Of a stretch of 32,000 nucleotides of DNA, positions 28,606 to 32,000 are shown piece by piece (the stretch's first letter is position 1; every line of letters starts with the position of its first letter). The position numbers were made by a program, and so were the translations under genes. The notes under the pieces are model-generated. The model was not told the origin of the DNA, searched no databases, and worked only from the letters and a program-made list of their open reading frames with translations. This stretch comes from Candidatus Saccharimonadota bacterium. Its GTDB lineage: Bacteria; Pseudomonadota; Gammaproteobacteria; Enterobacterales; Enterobacteriaceae. The stretch spans positions 390,001 through 422,000 of the forward strand of contig CP188087.1 of assembly GCA_049942775.1 (NCBI GenBank), in the 5' to 3' direction.

Positions 28606-29094
28606 ATGAAAATTTTTGAAAGCGGTATTGTTATAAATAACAAAAAAACTAAAATAGCAATTATAATTTCTAGATTTAATTATTTTATAAATAAAAATTT
28701 ATTAAATTCAGCTATAGATAGCTTAACAAGACTTGGAAAAATTGAAAATGAAAATATTTCTATTTTTAAAGTTCCAGGAGCACATGAAATTCCAATAATT
28801 ACAAAAAAAATAATAGAACAATTTCCAAATCAATTTCAAGCATTCATAGTTTTAGGAACTTTAATAAAAGGGGATACTTATCATTTCAATTATATATCTA
28901 AGTCTATAAGTGATTTTTTAATGAAAATTAGTTTAGAATATTCAATACCAATAATATCAGGATTATTAATGACCAAAAACATTGAGCAAGCAATTGAAAG
29001 AGCTGGTTCTAAACTAGGAAATAAAGGACATGAAGCAGCTATTTGTACATTAGAAATTTTAAATTTAATTACAACTATGAAAAAAAATGTTTGA
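28606..29094 (+). CDS. ribH: 6,7-dimethyl-8-ribityllumazine synthase
   Basis: 162-aa ORF colinear with E. coli RibE/RibH (IAIIISRFNYFINKNLL, VPGAHEIP, LGTLIKGDTYHFNYIS, IEQAIERAGSKLGNKGHEAA). The stop is TGA. Confidence 0.95.
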   Translation: MKIFESGIVINNKKTKIAIIISRFNYFINKNLLNSAIDSLTRLGKIENENISIFKVPGAHEIPIITKKIIEQFPNQFQAFIVLGTLIKGDTYHFNYISKSISDFLMKISLEYSIPIISGLLMTKNIEQAIERAGSKLGNKGHEAAICTLEILNLITTMKKNV

Positions 29095-29216
29095 ATATTT
29101 AACACATATGAAATCTTCTATACAGAACTTAATAAAAATTAAAACTAAAACATATAAAATGAAAATTTAAAAAAATAAATTTTATAATATTTTATAAATC
29201 AAAAATACCAAAAAAC

Positions 29217-30317
29217 ATGATAAATGATATTTTTTACATGAAAAAAGCAATAAAATTAGCAAAAAATGGTTTTTTTACTACTCCACCAAATCCAAATGTA
29301 GGGTGTATTATAATAAATCAAAAAAAAATCATCGGATTTGGATGGCATCAAAAAACAGGAGAACATCATGCTGAAATATTTGCTTTAAACATGGCTAAAA
29401 ACGAAACATGTGGCTCAACCATGTACGTTACATTAGAACCTTGTTCTCATCAAGGATTAACTCCTCCATGTTGCAAAAAAATAGTAGAATCTGGAATAAA
29501 AAAAGTAATAATTGCAACACTAGATCCTAATCCGAAAGTATCAGGAAATGGAGTTAAATATTTAAAAAACCATGGTGTTTTAGTAAAAAATGGAATTTTA
29601 GAAAAAGAAGCTATAGACATAAACATAGGTTTTTTTAAAAGAATGAAAACAGGAAAACCATGGATACAATTAAAATTAGGAATGTCTATTGATGGTAGAA
29701 CAGCACTTAATAATGGAGAAAGTAAATGGATTACTTGCAAAAAATCCAGAGAAGATGTTTATAATTTTAGAGCTCAAAGTCAAGTTATATTAACTACTAG
29801 TAAAACAATTTTATTAGATAATCCATTATTTAATGTAAACCAAAAAAATAAAAATAAAAAGACAAAAAAACCAATTTTAGTAATTATAGACAATAAAAAC
29901 AAAATAAAACCTAATCATTATTCAATAATAAATAATAAAAAAAAAATTTGGATTATAAGATTAAAAAAAGATAAAGAAAAATGGCCTAAACACGTTAAAC
30001 AAATAATCTTTGAAAAATTTAAAAAAAAAATAAACATAAAAAAATTACTAGAATATTTTGGAAAAAAAAACATTAATGTTGTCTGGATAGAATCTGGACC
30101 TTGTTTAGCAGGATATTTTTTAGAAAAAAAATTAATAGATGAACTAATTTTATACACATCTCCTAAAATATTAGGTCAAACAGCAAAACCACTTTTTGAG
30201 TTAAATAATCCGATAAAAAATGTTAATAAAGAACAAGATTTTATATTTCACAAAATTGAATTGATTGCTTCAGATTTAAAAATTATACTTAGAAAAAAAA
30301 ATGTTTCTATCGATTGA
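29217..30317 (+). CDS. ribD: Bifunctional riboflavin biosynthesis protein RibD (pyrimidine deaminase / uracil reductase)
   Basis: 366-aa ORF with a deaminase zinc site (HAE; TLEPCSHQGLTPPCC) and a reductase domain (IQLKLGMSIDGRTA, ESKWIT, WIESGPCLAG, IDELILYTSPKILG). Both domains lie in a single ORF. The stop is TGA. Confidence 0.94.
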   Translation: MINDIFYMKKAIKLAKNGFFTTPPNPNVGCIIINQKKIIGFGWHQKTGEHHAEIFALNMAKNETCGSTMYVTLEPCSHQGLTPPCCKKIVESGIKKVIIATLDPNPKVSGNGVKYLKNHGVLVKNGILEKEAIDINIGFFKRMKTGKPWIQLKLGMSIDGRTALNNGESKWITCKKSREDVYNFRAQSQVILTTSKTILLDNPLFNVNQKNKNKKTKKPILVIIDNKNKIKPNHYSIINNKKKIWIIRLKKDKEKWPKHVKQIIFEKFKKKINIKKLLEYFGKKNINVVWIESGPCLAGYFLEKKLIDELILYTSPKILGQTAKPLFELNNPIKNVNKEQDFIFHKIELIASDLKIILRKKNVSID

Positions 30318-30350
30318 CAATTAATTTAAATAAAAACATAAGAAATAAAG

Positions 30351-30773
30351 ATGATAAATTCTAAATTAAGAAGACAAGCTAGAAGATACGCTTTACAAGC
30401 GTTATATGCTTGGAAAACCTCTGGAAATGATATTAATGTTATAAAGTTACAATTTCTAGAAGAAAAAAAAATGAATCATGTTGATGTTGTATATTTTAAA
30501 AAATTAATTTTAGGAGTAGTAAAAAACTATAATTATATCGACAAAAAAATTCAACCATATCTAAGCCGAACATCAAAACAAGTTGATCCGATAGAAAAAA
30601 CAATACTTAGAATTGCTTTTTATGAACTTCTAATAAGAAACGATATTCCATATAAAGTATCCATTAATGAAGGAATTGAATTAGCAAAAACTTTTGGAGC
30701 ACAAGATAGTCATAAATTTATTAATGGAGTTTTAGACAAAGCTGCATCTAAAATAAAATCAAAAAAGCATTAA
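30351..30773 (+). CDS. nusB: Transcription antitermination factor NusB
   Basis: 140-aa ORF colinear with E. coli NusB ([70 protein letters not shown]). Confidence 0.95.
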   Translation: MINSKLRRQARRYALQALYAWKTSGNDINVIKLQFLEEKKMNHVDVVYFKKLILGVVKNYNYIDKKIQPYLSRTSKQVDPIEKTILRIAFYELLIRNDIPYKVSINEGIELAKTFGAQDSHKFINGVLDKAASKIKSKKH

Positions 30774-31972
30774 AGTTTATTTTTTCGATTAACTCTTAAA
30801 GAAAAAAAAAAATATACATATAAAAACCAAATTATACTAATTCCTAAAAGGAATAAAACAACATTATATAATCTAAATATACTTAAAATTAATCCACCAA
30901 CACTACCTCCTAGTGCCGCTCCTAAAAATTGAAACATAGAAAATAGTCCCATAATTGTTCCTTTATATGCAACAGGAACAATTCTTCCAATTAAAGAAGG
31001 AATATAAAATTCTAAAAAACTAAAAAATATAAAAAATAATTCTAAATATATAAAAAAATTAAATTCATTATTAATATTTTTAAAAAAAATCAATTCCGAT
31101 ATAAATAATACAAATACAAATAGTAATAAAATAGTTTTTGGAAATAATAATTTTTCTATTTTTTTTACAAAAAATGATATTACTAAGAAATCAATAATTA
31201 TTATTGGCAAATAAATTTTCCAATAATTATTAATTTTAAATCCAAAAAAAATTAGCTCTTTTGAAAAAATTATGAAATTTGTTGTCAATAAAAAATTTAC
31301 TAAAAAAATACTAAAAAACAAAATTTTTATATCGTCGTCAATAAAATACAAAATTTTTTTATAATTTATTTTTTTATTTTTACTTCTATTTAAAAAAGAA
31401 TAATAATCAGAAGGAAAAAATAAATAAATCAGTACTATAGATAACAAACTCAATATAGAAATTATAATATATATAAATTGAAAACCAAAAAGATGAAAAA
31501 TGATAGGACCAATAATAATTGATGAAACAAAAGAGAAAACAAAAGAAAAACCTAAAAAAAACATTGATCTAGTTTGATTTTTTTTTGTAATTAAATCTGT
31601 CATAAAAACCATCAATATAGAAGAAATAGAACCAGCTCCCTGTAAAGCTCTACTAATTATTAAACCAGTTAGGGAAAATGTGGTTGCACCAATTACGCTT
31701 CCAATAAAAAATAGAACTAAGCCAAATAAAATAATTCTTTTTCTACCAAATATATCTGAAATAAATCCTAAAGGAATTTGAAAAATAAATTGAAAAAACC
31801 CATAAACCCCTATAGCAATTCCAACTAAAAAATCGTTTGCTTCTAGTTGATTTAAACCATAAATGGGAATTATAGGACTAACAACAAATAAACCAAACAT
31901 TCTTAAAAAAAACACAAAACAAAAAAGTAAAATAAGATTTTTTTCACTTAATTTATAGTTATAATTTTTCAT
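30770..31972 (-). CDS. yajR: MFS-family transporter, YajR-like (lacks the C-terminal soluble domain of E. coli YajR)
   Basis: 400-aa polytopic ORF with MFS motif A ([14 protein letters not shown]). It is block-wise colinear with E. coli YajR ([68 protein letters not shown]). It ends soon after the last TM helix, so the roughly 60-aa C-terminal domain found in E. coli YajR is absent. Confidence 0.85.
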   Translation of the reverse strand: MKNYNYKLSEKNLILLFCFVFFLRMFGLFVVSPIIPIYGLNQLEANDFLVGIAIGVYGFFQFIFQIPLGFISDIFGRKRIILFGLVLFFIGSVIGATTFSLTGLIISRALQGAGSISSILMVFMTDLITKKNQTRSMFFLGFSFVFSFVSSIIIGPIIFHLFGFQFIYIIISILSLLSIVLIYLFFPSDYYSFLNRSKNKKINYKKILYFIDDDIKILFFSIFLVNFLLTTNFIIFSKELIFFGFKINNYWKIYLPIIIIDFLVISFFVKKIEKLLFPKTILLLFVFVLFISELIFFKNINNEFNFFIYLELFFIFFSFLEFYIPSLIGRIVPVAYKGTIMGLFSMFQFLGAALGGSVGGLILSIFRLYNVVLFLLGISIIWFLYVYFFFSLRVNRKNKL

Positions 31973-32000
31973 AATTAAATTTTAATTTTAAAAAATAAAA

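Overview
This window looks like a core-genome stretch from an extremely A+T-rich (roughly 80% by eye), highly reduced gammaproteobacterial endosymbiont. Its protein sequences and gene order resemble Buchnera aphidicola. I call 24 tightly packed housekeeping CDSs, one initiator tRNA-fMet, one rho-independent terminator and one sigma70-like promoter. The gene order is prfB(partial)-lysS-lysA-lgt-thyA-miaB-ybeY-corC-leuS-holA-tusA-asd(-)-yhgN-pgk-fbaA-mscS-recC-recB-recD-argA(-)-tRNA-fMet(-)-ribH-ribD-nusB-yajR(-). Blocks of this order match E. coli neighbourhoods (prfB-lysS, lgt-thyA, miaB..corC, leuS..holA, pgk-fbaA-mscS, recC..recD-argA, rib-nusB..yajR), with the non-essential intervening genes deleted. 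TGA, TAG and TAA all act as stops and Trp is TGG, so the standard bacterial code applies. I found no CRISPR array, transposase, integrase, phage gene, toxin-antitoxin pair or accessory island, and no convincing evidence of a new multi-gene system. RecBCD is the only nuclease or defence-related module, and it is canonical. The points worth a second look all reflect genome erosion. (1) A 27-nt poly(A) run separates the corC start codon from the rest of the gene in a different frame, making it a candidate for rescue by transcriptional slippage or ribosome sliding. (2) The LeuRS CP1 editing-site motifs have decayed while the synthetic-site and zinc motifs are intact. (3) There are many in-frame A runs of 10 nt or more, up to 17 nt, especially in recC and recD. 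(4) Two convergent gene pairs share a palindromic TTAA stop/stop overlap and have no terminator space. (5) A few long AT-only spacers mark where ancestral genes once sat, and they carry isolated hairpins.
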